IMG/VR virus record: IMGVR_UViG_3300029497_000003
DNA from: a virus
Direction: 5' to 3' (one strand)
DNA length: 59,081 nt
The notes under the pieces are model-generated. The model was not told the DNA's origin. It worked only from the letters and a program-made list of their open reading frames with translations, and made no database searches. Shown piece by piece: positions 28,754-38,880 of this stretch. Position 1 is the stretch's first letter; each line of letters begins with the position of its first letter. The position numbers and the translations under genes were made by a program.

Positions 28754-29077
28754 CTATACCTCCTTATCTTCATTAAGTCGTGCTTCCAATCCGTCTATTC
28801 GGTGGTGTGCCGACTTTACACTTTCCTCAACCTTAATAATCCTGTTATCATGAGAATTAAGTTCTTTTCTCATTTCTATAACTTCATTTTTTATCTCTGT
28901 TGTGTTGCCTGATATTGTGTCAAGTTTCATATTTATGCGTGTATTTTCCTTTACACGCTCTGTAAGTTCTTCATTGTCAGACTTTTTGTTGTTCTTAAGA
29001 TTAAATCCCAACGTAAACAGTCCGAAAAAGACGGAAAAAGCAACTGAAATAATGCTTATAATTACTGCTATTGGCAT
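28754..29077 (-). CDS. membrane-anchored coiled-coil protein (XhlA-like?)
   Basis: N-terminal TM (IAVIISIISVAFSVFFGLFTLGF), then a coiled coil ending HHRIDGLEARL. Confidence 0.4.
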   Translation of the reverse strand: MPIAVIISIISVAFSVFFGLFTLGFNLKNNKKSDNEELTERVKENTRINMKLDTISGNTTEIKNEVIEMRKELNSHDNRIIKVEESVKSAHHRIDGLEARLNEDKEV

Positions 29078-29184
29078 TGATATACCGCCTTTCATAATTA
29101 ATAATGGCACACCGCCCACCACCCTTAATGTGTGCCGCCTGCTACCATATTGTCGACATCAGCAACATGGTAACGCACAATCTT

Positions 29185-29562
29185 CTATAAAACCTTAGCA
29201 AAAGGGAATACCCCGACAAATAAACCGTCTCTGTCTCTCCAAGTTCTGTTGACACCATTTTCATTGTAGCTTGCCATAAATGCTTCACCTGCTTGTGAAT
29301 GGTCGTAGACAGCCAGATTAACGATAACGGTCTCAAATTTCTTCAAGTCCTCGGTTATCATTTTGTCTGTGTAGCTGTCAGGGTAATTTCTTCTTGCCTT
29401 TACATCTTCTGTAGCCTGTTTAATAAGCTGTTCGATTATCGGATTATCTTCTTTGTTATCGAACACTACCACATCAGATGTTGTTTCATCATCATTCGTG
29501 ACTGTATCAATATGAAATTGTTTAAGTCTGATTTTGACTTGCTCCAATGCGGTGTATTCCAT
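29185..29562 (-). CDS. gp6-like head-tail connector
   Basis: LEQVKIRLKQ...IIEQLIKQATEDVKARRNYP pattern. Confidence 0.6.
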   Translation of the reverse strand: MEYTALEQVKIRLKQFHIDTVTNDDETTSDVVVFDNKEDNPIIEQLIKQATEDVKARRNYPDSYTDKMITEDLKKFETVIVNLAVYDHSQAGEAFMASYNENGVNRTWRDRDGLFVGVFPFAKVL

Positions 29563-29573
29563 AATTTCAGCTC

Positions 29574-29810
29574 CTATAATCCTAATTTCTCAATTAACAA
29601 CTTCTTTAACTCTGCTCCTGTAAGTTCTTCTGCGTTGCTTATACCTTGTTCTGCGGCCAAAGCCTGCAAATCAGATGTAGACATGCGATTAATGGTTGTC
29701 TTGCTATAATCAAAAGAAGCCCCAGAATTGTTATTTTCTGGAACTTCTTCGCCTGCGTTATACCATTTTCCGTTATGAATCACTATATATGGATATATCA
29801 TAAGTTGCAC
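29574..29810 (-). CDS. small protein with a SAP/Rho-N-like C-terminal motif
   Basis: DLQALAAEQGISNAEELTGAELKKLLIEKLG. Confidence 0.4.
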   Translation of the reverse strand: MQLMIYPYIVIHNGKWYNAGEEVPENNNSGASFDYSKTTINRMSTSDLQALAAEQGISNAEELTGAELKKLLIEKLGL

Positions 29811-29813
29811 CCC

Positions 29814-30887
29814 CTACTCTTCGCTATGAACCTCATATACGAATGTGCTATCCATATTTTCATATGATGGAAGAACAACTTCGGAAGCAAATGTTGACAT
29901 CTTCAGGGGTGGTCCGTACTCTGTCTTTGTAGCAACTGTAATACCTGTACCGTATACTGTTACATCTACATCAGCTACCTGTCTTGCTGTTCTTTCTTCC
30001 GGTGTAGTTCCGAACCAAGTATTACCAAGACTACCTTCTGGAAGAAGTGTAACCTTGTTATCTGGGTAGAAGTACTGCTCCTTGCCATCATCGTCAATAT
30101 ACATCTTATCGTAAAGCACGATAGTAAGCTTTGTTCTCTTCTGTACTACTGAAATAACAGTATCATCATCGACCTCGATAGTTGCTGTGAGGTTCTGTGC
30201 AAGGATTGAGTTTCTTATCTGCGCATTATCAAGCAAATACTGGAATGTATTGCTGTTCATAAGTGCGTATCTGGCAATCTTGCCCTGCTTCTGTAACTTC
30301 TTTCTTGCGTTGTTAAGGTCTGTAAGTGGCTTTGAATTAGCTGTATCACTCCACATACTTGTGCCAGAAAGTTTTGCGTAATGGTCTTTTGCGTATGAGC
30401 CGTCTTTGTCGTAATCATAAGCATACTGAACGCCGTCACTCACGATAGCAATTACTGGATGTCCTGCATTTGTTGCAAGAAGTGACATTCTCATTCTTTC
30501 TGGTACAACTTCTGCACCGCTTACAAGGTTGTTAGTATCGTCATATACGCTTGATAAAACACTTGCAAGGTAAGGGTCGTCTGCTGACTGAATACGCTCG
30601 ATTTCAAGCATTTCCTCTTCACCGACTGTCATTCCCTCGCGGAAAAATGCCATCTGTGTTTTTTCCTTGCTTAATCCCTCTCTAGCTCTAAGTGTTGGAA
30701 TTGTGTCAAAGTTAGATGGTGCAAGTGAAACCGGAAGTCCTTTATGTGTCTTAATCCAGCTTAAATCAAGCCCCTGTTTCTTTCTTTCTGGAAACCACTG
30801 TAAGCCAAGATGAGGTATCTGATTACTAGCGTTTTCTGTTGCTGATAATGCAATAGACTTACTGTCTAATACTTCATTAATTAACAT
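29814..30887 (-). CDS. major capsid protein (capsid protein E-like)
   Basis: 357 aa. LGLQWFPERK...LAPSNFDTIPTLRAREG N-terminal pattern and position. Confidence 0.75.
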   Translation of the reverse strand: MLINEVLDSKSIALSATENASNQIPHLGLQWFPERKKQGLDLSWIKTHKGLPVSLAPSNFDTIPTLRAREGLSKEKTQMAFFREGMTVGEEEMLEIERIQSADDPYLASVLSSVYDDTNNLVSGAEVVPERMRMSLLATNAGHPVIAIVSDGVQYAYDYDKDGSYAKDHYAKLSGTSMWSDTANSKPLTDLNNARKKLQKQGKIARYALMNSNTFQYLLDNAQIRNSILAQNLTATIEVDDDTVISVVQKRTKLTIVLYDKMYIDDDGKEQYFYPDNKVTLLPEGSLGNTWFGTTPEERTARQVADVDVTVYGTGITVATKTEYGPPLKMSTFASEVVLPSYENMDSTFVYEVHSEE

Positions 30888-30904
30888 CTATTTACCTCCT
30901 ATTA

Positions 30905-31258
30905 TTATTCAAATACAATCATTGGAAGAGCTGTCTTAACTGTTTCATCATATGTAACGCCTGAGTGTGTTTCTGCTACCTTTGTGTTAAGATATGCTTT
31001 CTTAAGCAGTACTCCCTGCGGTCTGTCCTCTGTTACATCAAACCTTAAAATGCCTACTACTGTGGCTGTATTGTCAGCCTTGCCGGTTGTTCCGATTGGT
31101 GTACCTGCTTTGACAATCTTCTTGCCCTGTGCGTTTGTAGTTGTTACACCATCAAAATCAAGTGTTAATGGGATTGCTTCGTTAGGCTCTCTCTTTAAAA
31201 TCTGAACATCTCCTGCGTATGAAGTCTTTTCATACTGCATATTCATTTCCTTTGCCAT
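30905..31258 (-). CDS. head accessory / decoration-like protein
   Basis: Lies between the scaffold and capsid genes. Confidence 0.35.
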   Translation of the reverse strand: MAKEMNMQYEKTSYAGDVQILKREPNEAIPLTLDFDGVTTTNAQGKKIVKAGTPIGTTGKADNTATVVGILRFDVTEDRPQGVLLKKAYLNTKVAETHSGVTYDETVKTALPMIVFE

Positions 31259-31274
31259 TTCTTACCTCCTGTTA

Positions 31275-31829
31275 TTACTGAATGTAATGTGATAAAACAT
31301 CATTGTTCTTAGGTGCATTAGATATAAGGCTTTCTGCTATCTTTTCAGCATTTGTCTTATTGTCTGCACCACCTTTATTACTGCCACCGCCCGGAATATC
31401 CTGATGTTTAGCAATCTCCTGTTCCTTAGCCTGTGCCGCAGCTGTTTCTTTCTCGGACATAATCTTGCCAAGTTCGGTGTAATCAAGGCTTCCATCATCT
31501 TTAACAACTGTCTTTGCCTGTTCAGCAGTAATCTTAAAATTAGTCATAGCTGCTTCCCTCTGGTCCCTGATAGCATTAGATTTCTGCAATTCTGCTATCT
31601 GCTGATTAGCTGTGTCTAATGCCTTATTTGCCTTTTCAAGCTCTGTCAGATTGCCAGCCTGTATTTCATCAAGCTGTTTCTGTAAGTCGTCTGCTGTGTC
31701 AGCCTTAGCCTTGTACTGCTTTGCCTTGTTTTTCTCCGTAGCAACTTCTGAATTGTTCTGATTAAGAAGATTTGTAATCTGTTCATCTGTTGCTTCTGGG
31801 AAAAGTTTTAATACATCTTCTCTTGTCAT
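31275..31829 (-). CDS. scaffolding protein
   Basis: Coiled-coil A/E/K/Q-rich. Start MTRED after an ACGGAGG RBS. Confidence 0.6.
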   Translation of the reverse strand: MTREDVLKLFPEATDEQITNLLNQNNSEVATEKNKAKQYKAKADTADDLQKQLDEIQAGNLTELEKANKALDTANQQIAELQKSNAIRDQREAAMTNFKITAEQAKTVVKDDGSLDYTELGKIMSEKETAAAQAKEQEIAKHQDIPGGGSNKGGADNKTNAEKIAESLISNAPKNNDVLSHYIQ

Positions 31830-31979
31830 AATTACCTCCGTTAAACACACGCTTTTGTTACCGCAGGTCGCTCCTGCTGTGTCTTCTGCTATTTACCGCA
31901 TAGCTGCAAAATGTATAAAATAAAAGCAGCTACCGATTATTCGATAACTGCCTTATTTTGCTGATTATTATTAAGTTGA

Positions 31980-33374
31980 TTATTTTCTGACTGTTTTTTT
32001 CATTTCTTCGTTTACCATATCTATTGTTTTATATAAAACATCAAAATATGGTTGTGACTGTAAAGATACTTTTTCCGCATCCCCCCATAATCCACACGTT
32101 GCAACCGCTATTCTTGGATTTATTCCTGCTTGTAGCATTTGTGCAAGTGCTTGCGTCTTTGTATAGAGATTATCTAACGGACTATGATTAATTTGTACGT
32201 CAAAATCTCTTGGCGATAGTTTTAAATTATTTCCTGCTAATCGCAATACATTCAAAGTTACTATCGCAAGCCTTTTCTCTGCGGATTTTACAATAGGGTC
32301 TTTTTGCTTTGCTCTGGTTTTTGAAAAATCCCATCCAGCTCTCAAAGATACCGCCCCCTGTGTATCGCCGCCAGAGTTTTGTGATTCTCTATTTGGTATC
32401 GCTAGGATAGCTTGAAGATTATCGAGCAAATCATCTTTAGCAACTTGGCATTGTGTCTGATTAAGCTCCTGTGTCATAATCTCAACGTCTGACTTGTTGT
32501 CTTTATTGATAGATTTAACTGTAAGGGCGTGGTTCATTTTCATTTTTTCAAATGTCTCTTCATCCACTTCGCAATTTACAAACTTAACCCAATACTCAAC
32601 AAACTGCTGTATACTATCCATTCTGTTAGACTGCATGTTATTAATAGCGTCCAACATGCCTATAACAAGTTCAATATCGGATATCCTTTCGTGGTTATTA
32701 GGAAACTCAACAATAGGGATTTCGCCGTATGTATGTAGCTTTGCTTCAACTACCTTGCTATCAACAATTCTAAAAGACATAGTGTCGGAAAATGCCATTT
32801 TGTACCAATTTCCATCCTCGTCTTTAAGTTCTTGTACAGCAAGCATAGGTTCTTCTGTGCTTTCATTGTAAGCAATGTAAGTATTCATTGGTGTAGGTGC
32901 TACAATTCTGAATGGCACATCTCCATTTTTAGGCTGAACCGCTTTAAAAGATGTTCCTGCTGCCGATTGCCACTCTCCGGCTTTAATATCTTTCTCCTGC
33001 TTATTGGCATCCGCCATAAAATCATTGAGTATATCAACCGCCTTATTGATAGCTTTATCATCTTTGCGGCTAATAAACTGGATTGGCTCGCCATACGTCT
33101 GCCCTACCTTAAACTGAACAATTTCGTATGCGTGGTTCTCAACAATCTTGTTTGTAATATCTTCATTAGTTAGCTTATGCCTGTACAATATTGGTTGGTC
33201 GCCCTTGTAGTAATGCCACAGATACTTTATAACTGGTTTATTCCAATTAAATATACCTATAGTACTTCCAATAACCTTAATAACATTATCACTTGTTATC
33301 CTGTCTACATTTGTATATGCAATTTTACGTCCATAACAGCCTCTAACAAGGTCTTGAAAATACATTGTGTTCAT
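31980..33374 (-). CDS. portal protein (SPP1 gp6-like)
   Basis: YYKGDQPILYRHK...NKIVENHAYEIVQFKVGQTYGEPIQF. Confidence 0.75.
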   Translation of the reverse strand: MNTMYFQDLVRGCYGRKIAYTNVDRITSDNVIKVIGSTIGIFNWNKPVIKYLWHYYKGDQPILYRHKLTNEDITNKIVENHAYEIVQFKVGQTYGEPIQFISRKDDKAINKAVDILNDFMADANKQEKDIKAGEWQSAAGTSFKAVQPKNGDVPFRIVAPTPMNTYIAYNESTEEPMLAVQELKDEDGNWYKMAFSDTMSFRIVDSKVVEAKLHTYGEIPIVEFPNNHERISDIELVIGMLDAINNMQSNRMDSIQQFVEYWVKFVNCEVDEETFEKMKMNHALTVKSINKDNKSDVEIMTQELNQTQCQVAKDDLLDNLQAILAIPNRESQNSGGDTQGAVSLRAGWDFSKTRAKQKDPIVKSAEKRLAIVTLNVLRLAGNNLKLSPRDFDVQINHSPLDNLYTKTQALAQMLQAGINPRIAVATCGLWGDAEKVSLQSQPYFDVLYKTIDMVNEEMKKTVRK

Positions 33375-33383
33375 ATCTTGCTC

Positions 33384-33593
33384 CTAATAAAATGTCATAC
33401 CGCTTGAACTTCTGCTGTCCGGTATTTCTTTAATTTGAAAATTATCATCATCGTTAGGCACATACCATATCCATTTACGACAATGTTTACACGCCAGCTT
33501 ATGTGTTCGTGGGTCTTTGCTGTCTGCCTTAGTCAAAAACTTGTGGCAGTTCGGACACATAATTGACTTGTCTTTGTTTGTATAAAAAATCAT
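33384..33593 (-). CDS. zinc-ribbon protein
   Basis: CPNC...CKHC. Confidence 0.5.
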   Translation of the reverse strand: MIFYTNKDKSIMCPNCHKFLTKADSKDPRTHKLACKHCRKWIWYVPNDDDNFQIKEIPDSRSSSGMTFY

Positions 33594-33730
33594 ATTGTTA
33601 CCTCGTTACATAGTAAAAGCACCGTCATAATTAAATGGCGATGCTTTTCGATAAGGATTATACATGTTTATGAAATTTGCTTTGCTCATTGTAATAATAC
33701 ATAATTTTTTCGTCACAATCGTAACATCTT

Positions 33731-34165
33731 TTATTTTTTTTCAATAAATCTTTGAAAAGCCATTTTTACGCTACTTTCTGTGTTGCCACCTATGATATGT
33801 GCTATCTGAATCCAAGTCTTATTTTCTAAAAATCTAAGATTGATTATTCTTCTCATCCTGCTATCGTCAACGTTTGCTATAAATTGCTCAACCTCGTTAG
33901 TTTTCTCTAACAAATCATCTTCAAGCAACTGCAATGTGGCTTTTCTGGCATAAAGAAGTGTTTTCTTTCTGCTGTACTCTGGAAATGGTATGCCTTCAAT
34001 CTTAAAATGCTGTTTACCACCATCGCCGCCGCTAACAGAATCTATAACCATTTCTCCGGCTTCAATTTTGCTTATATCTTTTTCAAGTCGTTCTATCTTT
34101 AGTCTTACTTCTTTTACTTCTTCCTGTAAATCTGAATACTGTGATAAAACTTCCTTTGTTACCAT
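33731..34165 (-). CDS. sigma-70 region-4-like transcription regulator
   Basis: RRIINLRFLENKTWIQIAHIIGGNTESSVKMAFQRF. Unusually placed between terL and portal. Confidence 0.55.
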   Translation of the reverse strand: MVTKEVLSQYSDLQEEVKEVRLKIERLEKDISKIEAGEMVIDSVSGGDGGKQHFKIEGIPFPEYSRKKTLLYARKATLQLLEDDLLEKTNEVEQFIANVDDSRMRRIINLRFLENKTWIQIAHIIGGNTESSVKMAFQRFIEKK

Positions 34166-34169
34166 AATG

Positions 34170-35912
34170 TCAATACCTCCTAAATGGATTTATAGCAGCT
34201 TCAACTTTAGCTGTTCTATTGCCCTGTGTTATTCTTAATGCAAAGTTCGAGAAAACATCTGGAACATCATCTAATTGTTTCTTACCCGATACTGAATACT
34301 GCTTTAATAGTGACATCATTACTCCATATGGCTCATTAGGCTTATAAAGTGAGGGGTCTTTAAAAATAATGTGCTGTAATATCCAGTTAGAACATTGAAA
34401 TATCCTTGCTTCCTTATTCGTTTCAGTTGGTGTGTCAGTAATGTTACATATCCACCCAACACTCTCAACTCTCTTGTTGACTTCCATTGCCACTCTATCA
34501 CCACCGGCGTTACGCTCAAATTCACACTCTTGCACTTTATTATTTGCAAGCACTCCTGCGGCATTTCTGTATTGTTCTTCGTAATCTGCTGTGTTATCGC
34601 ATACACAATCAATGCAGTAATAATCATCACCATATTTTTGAAGAACCGGTAATACGAAATAATCCGTTCCTTTTCCTTTTGTATCACATTGCCCTGTAAC
34701 AATCTCCGGTTCTCCGTGTGGCAGATTAAGGTATCTGCGGATTTTATCATCTGGGAATAATAACCCCTCACGTTCGATAGGCTCTTGTTTATACAAACAT
34801 CTATAAGATATTTCGTCCATGAGTAATTGTTGGTCAGCAAAAAACTCTTTCGTAAATCCGCTGTACTCATAATCAAAATTACTCTCGCCTGTCGCTGGGT
34901 CTACATCTGGCACAGCAATAGTCTTAACTCTTTTATTCCCTGCGTACATATTCTGTATTCTTCCGATAACGTCATGCACACTCCAACGCGTAGCAATGTG
35001 TATTTCTTTACAATTGTGTCCGTCTGTATCTTGGATTTTTCTTTGTCTAGCATCTACTGCATATTTATCCCATAGCTTATCAAGTACCATAGGATTTAAG
35101 GCTTCCTCAATTCCGCCTATCATATCATCTACAAGCAAAAATTTACTCGCACGAACTTTACCGGCATTTTTACTACCGACAGATGTGCATTGTACGCTTG
35201 GGAATGGCTTATACTTGCCTATGTTGAACTGCTCTAACTTTGCGTTAGTGCTTGTAACTGTAAGGCTAGGAAAAATTTCGTTCCACGCATATTCATCAGC
35301 ATTTGTAACAATATCGTATACGCCATCGTAGTACATTCGTGTAATGTCGCCAGAATGGGAGTAAAAAAGGCAAAAATCATTAGGAAACCAGCCAGCTACT
35401 AAAGCGTTAAACATTTTTTCAATAGTCGTCTTTCCTGCTCCCGGTATCAACGACACGCACAATATATCGTATTTATCATCAATCATGCCCTGCAAAGCTT
35501 CTATTAACCCCATTTTTAAGAATTGTTTGCGGCGTGGCATATAGAAACGCTCTTTAGGTTCTCTTTTCTTTTCAAGATACATAAATGCGCTATCTACTAT
35601 TTTACTTTGGGCTTCAAGCAATAACACATCATAGTATTTATCAAGTAAATCAAAAGAACTTTTACTGTTAAAAACAAACTTTTCTATCTCCCACATAGAC
35701 AGCCCTATATCACGCATGCAAGCCTTTTCTATGAGTTCTTTTGCCCTAGCCGTACATTTTAACATTGTGTCAATTTCGCCCTCATTCTTGGCAAGCTGGC
35801 ACACGTTGTAGTAGGTTTCTATGATGTTTTCATCTATTCCATTTTGGGATATGTATTTTTCGCAATCATCTATCAGTTGATTTAATTCAGAATTCAAGAA
35901 AAGCACCTCCAC
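34170..35912 (-). CDS. terL: terminase large subunit
   Basis: Walker A LIPGAGKTT, Walker B FLLVDDMIGG, 580 aa, upstream of portal. Confidence 0.8.
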   Translation of the reverse strand: MEVLFLNSELNQLIDDCEKYISQNGIDENIIETYYNVCQLAKNEGEIDTMLKCTARAKELIEKACMRDIGLSMWEIEKFVFNSKSSFDLLDKYYDVLLLEAQSKIVDSAFMYLEKKREPKERFYMPRRKQFLKMGLIEALQGMIDDKYDILCVSLIPGAGKTTIEKMFNALVAGWFPNDFCLFYSHSGDITRMYYDGVYDIVTNADEYAWNEIFPSLTVTSTNAKLEQFNIGKYKPFPSVQCTSVGSKNAGKVRASKFLLVDDMIGGIEEALNPMVLDKLWDKYAVDARQRKIQDTDGHNCKEIHIATRWSVHDVIGRIQNMYAGNKRVKTIAVPDVDPATGESNFDYEYSGFTKEFFADQQLLMDEISYRCLYKQEPIEREGLLFPDDKIRRYLNLPHGEPEIVTGQCDTKGKGTDYFVLPVLQKYGDDYYCIDCVCDNTADYEEQYRNAAGVLANNKVQECEFERNAGGDRVAMEVNKRVESVGWICNITDTPTETNKEARIFQCSNWILQHIIFKDPSLYKPNEPYGVMMSLLKQYSVSGKKQLDDVPDVFSNFALRITQGNRTAKVEAAINPFRRY

Positions 35913-35963
35913 TTTTCAGCAAAGGTGCCTATAGACCTCTGCCTATAACTGTTTTAGGGTAGC

Positions 35964-36000
35964 GACTACAACCAATCTGTAGCCGGTAATATTTTTATTA
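35964..36000 (-). repeat. conserved post-stop stem-loop element, copy 1
   Basis: Shares tctgtagccggtaat plus a flanking hairpin and aataaaaa with 36437-36475. Confidence 0.7.
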
Positions 36001-36405
36001 GAATGTCAGCATTGCATCACAGCAAGTCGGATGCAATCTATTCAAAAGTGCATTATAATCATCAATTACATACCGTGCTGGAATCATATATGTTTCAATG
36101 CCATATTTTTCCGCTGTTTCTCTTTCAATGCTACAGCCGTTCCAATCATAACTCTCACATATTCCAATGAATACATCAGCCTGTGCCAGCTTCTTAAGGC
36201 TCTCGCCTAAATACCATACAGCTTCTTTGCTGTCTTTCGGTGGGTTATCCTCAATGTAGCTGTCGATAAGCTCTAATTCCTCGCCCTCGTATATTTCAGC
36301 AATCTTTTTCATCTTCTGAATACTTGCTTTGATTTCTTCCTTTGTTCTGCCTTTCATTGGCACACTTACAAATAACTTCTTCATGTTCTCAATCTCCTTT
36401 TCCAT
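35998..36405 (-). CDS. hypothetical protein (possibly nucleoside 2-deoxyribosyltransferase-like fold)
   Basis: KKLFVSVPMKGRTKEEI N-terminus; weak resemblance only. Confidence 0.3.
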   Translation of the reverse strand: MEKEIENMKKLFVSVPMKGRTKEEIKASIQKMKKIAEIYEGEELELIDSYIEDNPPKDSKEAVWYLGESLKKLAQADVFIGICESYDWNGCSIERETAEKYGIETYMIPARYVIDDYNALLNRLHPTCCDAMLTF

Positions 36406-36436
36406 GTTTTATCAACCTTTATCTTTCTAAGGTCAG

Positions 36437-36475
36437 CAACTACGATTAGTCTGTAGCCGGTAATTGTTTTTATTC
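36437..36475 (-). repeat. conserved post-stop stem-loop element, copy 2
   Basis: 16 of 16 core identity with copy 1. Starts at the RtcB stop codon. Confidence 0.7.
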
Positions 36476-37678
36476 GTTTGCTTTGAAATTGTAAATCGGT
36501 TTTATAATGTCAACTATTTCAACAGTATCTTTTATATTTCCAATTATTTCATCCATTGTTTTATATGCCATAGGACTTTCATCAATCGTGGATGTATTTA
36601 CAGATGTTGTAAATATTCCATCCATTGCTTTTTGATACTCTTCTAGCAAAATGCTTTCTTTTGCTTTTGACCTGCTCATTGTTCGCCCCGCTCCATGCGG
36701 TGCTGAATAATTCCAATCTTCATTTCCCTTGCCAATTCCCAAAATGCAACCGTCACGCATGTTTATTGGTATTAGTACTTTTTCCCCCGCTTTTGCAGAA
36801 ATAGCACCTTTACGAACAATATTTGTATCGTGTTCAATGTAGTTGTGAATCGTTTGAAATCGTTCAGTTTCTTTTGTAACTTTCCAACACATATAGTAAC
36901 AAATAATGCTCTGAATGGCTCTTCTATTAATTTCCGCAAACTCTTGACATAATTTCATATCGTGCAAATACATTTCTCTATGTTTTCCAACAAGATATGA
37001 TAACTCTCTAGGGATTTTAGTTGTATTTGCTTCGTAGGACTGCTTTAATTCTTTGATAGCCTTGCTGATTTCTCTTTCTCTTTTGCATTTTTTGTATTCA
37101 GCAATCAATTTCTCACTGTCTTGTTTGAAATTCGATTTTCCCGATATATCATCAATCGCCATTTGCTGATATATTTCCGCAACTTGCTTTCCGACATTTC
37201 TACTTCCCGAATGAATAACAAGATATTTATTATTCTTGCTATCGCTATCAACTTCGATAAAATGATTGCCGCCTCCCAGCGTGCCACAACTTCTTTTCAG
37301 CCAATCTATATTTTTCAACTGTTCCTTGCAATACAATTTTTCAATAATATCACTTGCGACAGATGAATTTTCTTCTTCATGAACTTTTCTACCACTTGGA
37401 ACATATTCTCTAATGACGTTATCTAATCTCTCAAAATCAATATCAATATTCCCCAAGTTTGTAGTAAGCATCCCACAGCCTATGTCAACTCCAACAATGT
37501 TCGGTATTACTTTTTCTCCTAAATCAGCAGTAAATCCTATAACACACCCTGCTCCCGCATGAACATCTGGCATAATTCTTATCTTGCAATCCGAAAATGC
37601 CGGCTGTTTTATAAGCGTATATATCTGATTTAACGCTTCCTGTTCTATATTTTCTGTAAATATTTTCAAATCAGCCAT
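36470..37678 (-). CDS. rtcB: RtcB RNA ligase
   Basis: MPDVHAGAGC, GGGNHFIE, HSGSRNVG, PHGAGR motifs. Start MADLKI after a GAAAGGA RBS. Confidence 0.9.
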   Translation of the reverse strand: MADLKIFTENIEQEALNQIYTLIKQPAFSDCKIRIMPDVHAGAGCVIGFTADLGEKVIPNIVGVDIGCGMLTTNLGNIDIDFERLDNVIREYVPSGRKVHEEENSSVASDIIEKLYCKEQLKNIDWLKRSCGTLGGGNHFIEVDSDSKNNKYLVIHSGSRNVGKQVAEIYQQMAIDDISGKSNFKQDSEKLIAEYKKCKREREISKAIKELKQSYEANTTKIPRELSYLVGKHREMYLHDMKLCQEFAEINRRAIQSIICYYMCWKVTKETERFQTIHNYIEHDTNIVRKGAISAKAGEKVLIPINMRDGCILGIGKGNEDWNYSAPHGAGRTMSRSKAKESILLEEYQKAMDGIFTTSVNTSTIDESPMAYKTMDEIIGNIKDTVEIVDIIKPIYNFKANE

Positions 37679-37715
37679 GATATATTCCTTTCCGCTGATA
37701 ATCAGCAATCATTAT

Positions 37716-37898
37716 TTAGCTGTAATAAACTGTTTTGTGACACAAAGGGCATTTGCATTTCCAGTTATCGCCCTCTCGTTGGTCGCCACAATACTCATAT
37801 TCTCTATTGTTTGCTTCAAAAATGGTATAGCAATTTTTACAACTGAATTTTAAAGGCTTATCAGCAAAATCTAAGTTGCCTTTTTGAATTATCTTCAT
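37716..37898 (-). CDS. zinc-ribbon protein
   Basis: CKNC...CKCPLC. Confidence 0.5.
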   Translation of the reverse strand: MKIIQKGNLDFADKPLKFSCKNCYTIFEANNREYEYCGDQREGDNWKCKCPLCHKTVYYS

Positions 37899-38053
37899 CC
37901 GTTCTAGTCCTCCACATTCTTACTCTTTGTCCGCTCCATTATCTGCCTCAATAACAGGTTCATCCTCTAAAGTGGAACAATTCTATAGACTCACCGTTTC
38001 TATTACCTATTTTATGCGGCTGTATCTCTCTAAACGCTCCACACTCTATTGAT

Positions 38054-38308
38054 TTAATTACTTCTGCCATGCTCATTTCTCATAAACCTCTCAAAATCTT
38101 TCCTGCACTTGGGGCATAAATCATACTTGTGGTTATGTAATCTAAATGTATGAATATTTTCAGCTTCTGCCCATATATCACTATCTTCAAAAGCTGGCTC
38201 TAAACTTGAGTATTGTGCAATCCAAGTGAATTTTATCTTGTTTCTTGGTTTTATCTTTATCTCTTTTCCGCACCTGTCGCAAGTGTGCCATTCTTTTTCG
38301 TGTTTCAT
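38054..38308 (-). CDS. zinc-ribbon protein
   Basis: CDRCGK...CPKC. Confidence 0.5.
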   Translation of the reverse strand: MKHEKEWHTCDRCGKEIKIKPRNKIKFTWIAQYSSLEPAFEDSDIWAEAENIHTFRLHNHKYDLCPKCRKDFERFMRNEHGRSN

Positions 38309-38320
38309 AAAATTCCTCGC

Positions 38321-38554
38321 TTACAAATCAAGTTTATTCAAATAATCTGTTCCACTATTTTCAAGTGCCTTGCTAATGCCGTTAATCATATTAGCCATTG
38401 TCTGTTCAACTTCCTTTATCTTTTCAACACTTCCACCGCATTGTAATGATAAATATCTTTTCTGCCAAACGCTTGCATTTACAACTATATTATTGTGGAC
38501 ATCTTTCTGTGTAACCATCATTCCACCGCCTTTTAAACCAACCCTAGCATACAT
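38321..38554 (-). CDS. hypothetical protein
   Basis: 77 aa ORF. Confidence 0.45.
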   Translation of the reverse strand: MYARVGLKGGGMMVTQKDVHNNIVVNASVWQKRYLSLQCGGSVEKIKEVEQTMANMINGISKALENSGTDYLNKLDL

Positions 38555-38880
38555 AAAATATCAAGCCCTGATATTCTCTCCGCACCCTCTCTTGTGTGCA
38601 TAAGAATTTCTTTAAGCCTTTCATTTTCTGCATTGCTGTATTTATCTTTATCATATGCTTCTGAAAAGCAATAATATTTGCAATATCCATAGCCTACCCC
38701 AAGTCTGTTGCCGTGAACACTCTTAGCCACAATATCGTAATATTTTGGTACTTTTAAAATATCGTATTTTTCATCTAGGGCACACTCCTTATGCTCTGCT
38801 TCTAGCTTTGATTGAAGATATTTCAGAAAACTTTTTATATCTTCTTCCGTTTTAGAAATATACAAAATCGTTTCTTTCAA
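38533..38880 (-). CDS. hypothetical protein
   Basis: 115 aa ORF. Confidence 0.5.
   Translation of the reverse strand: MKETILYISKTEEDIKSFLKYLQSKLEAEHKECALDEKYDILKVPKYYDIVAKSVHGNRLGVGYGYCKYYCFSEAYDKDKYSNAENERLKEILMHTREGAERISGLDILCMLGLV

Noticed and set aside
34319-34876. 185-aa minus-strand ORF inside terL
   Set aside because: It is an alternative frame of the terminase large subunit gene, and its sequence is not protein-like.
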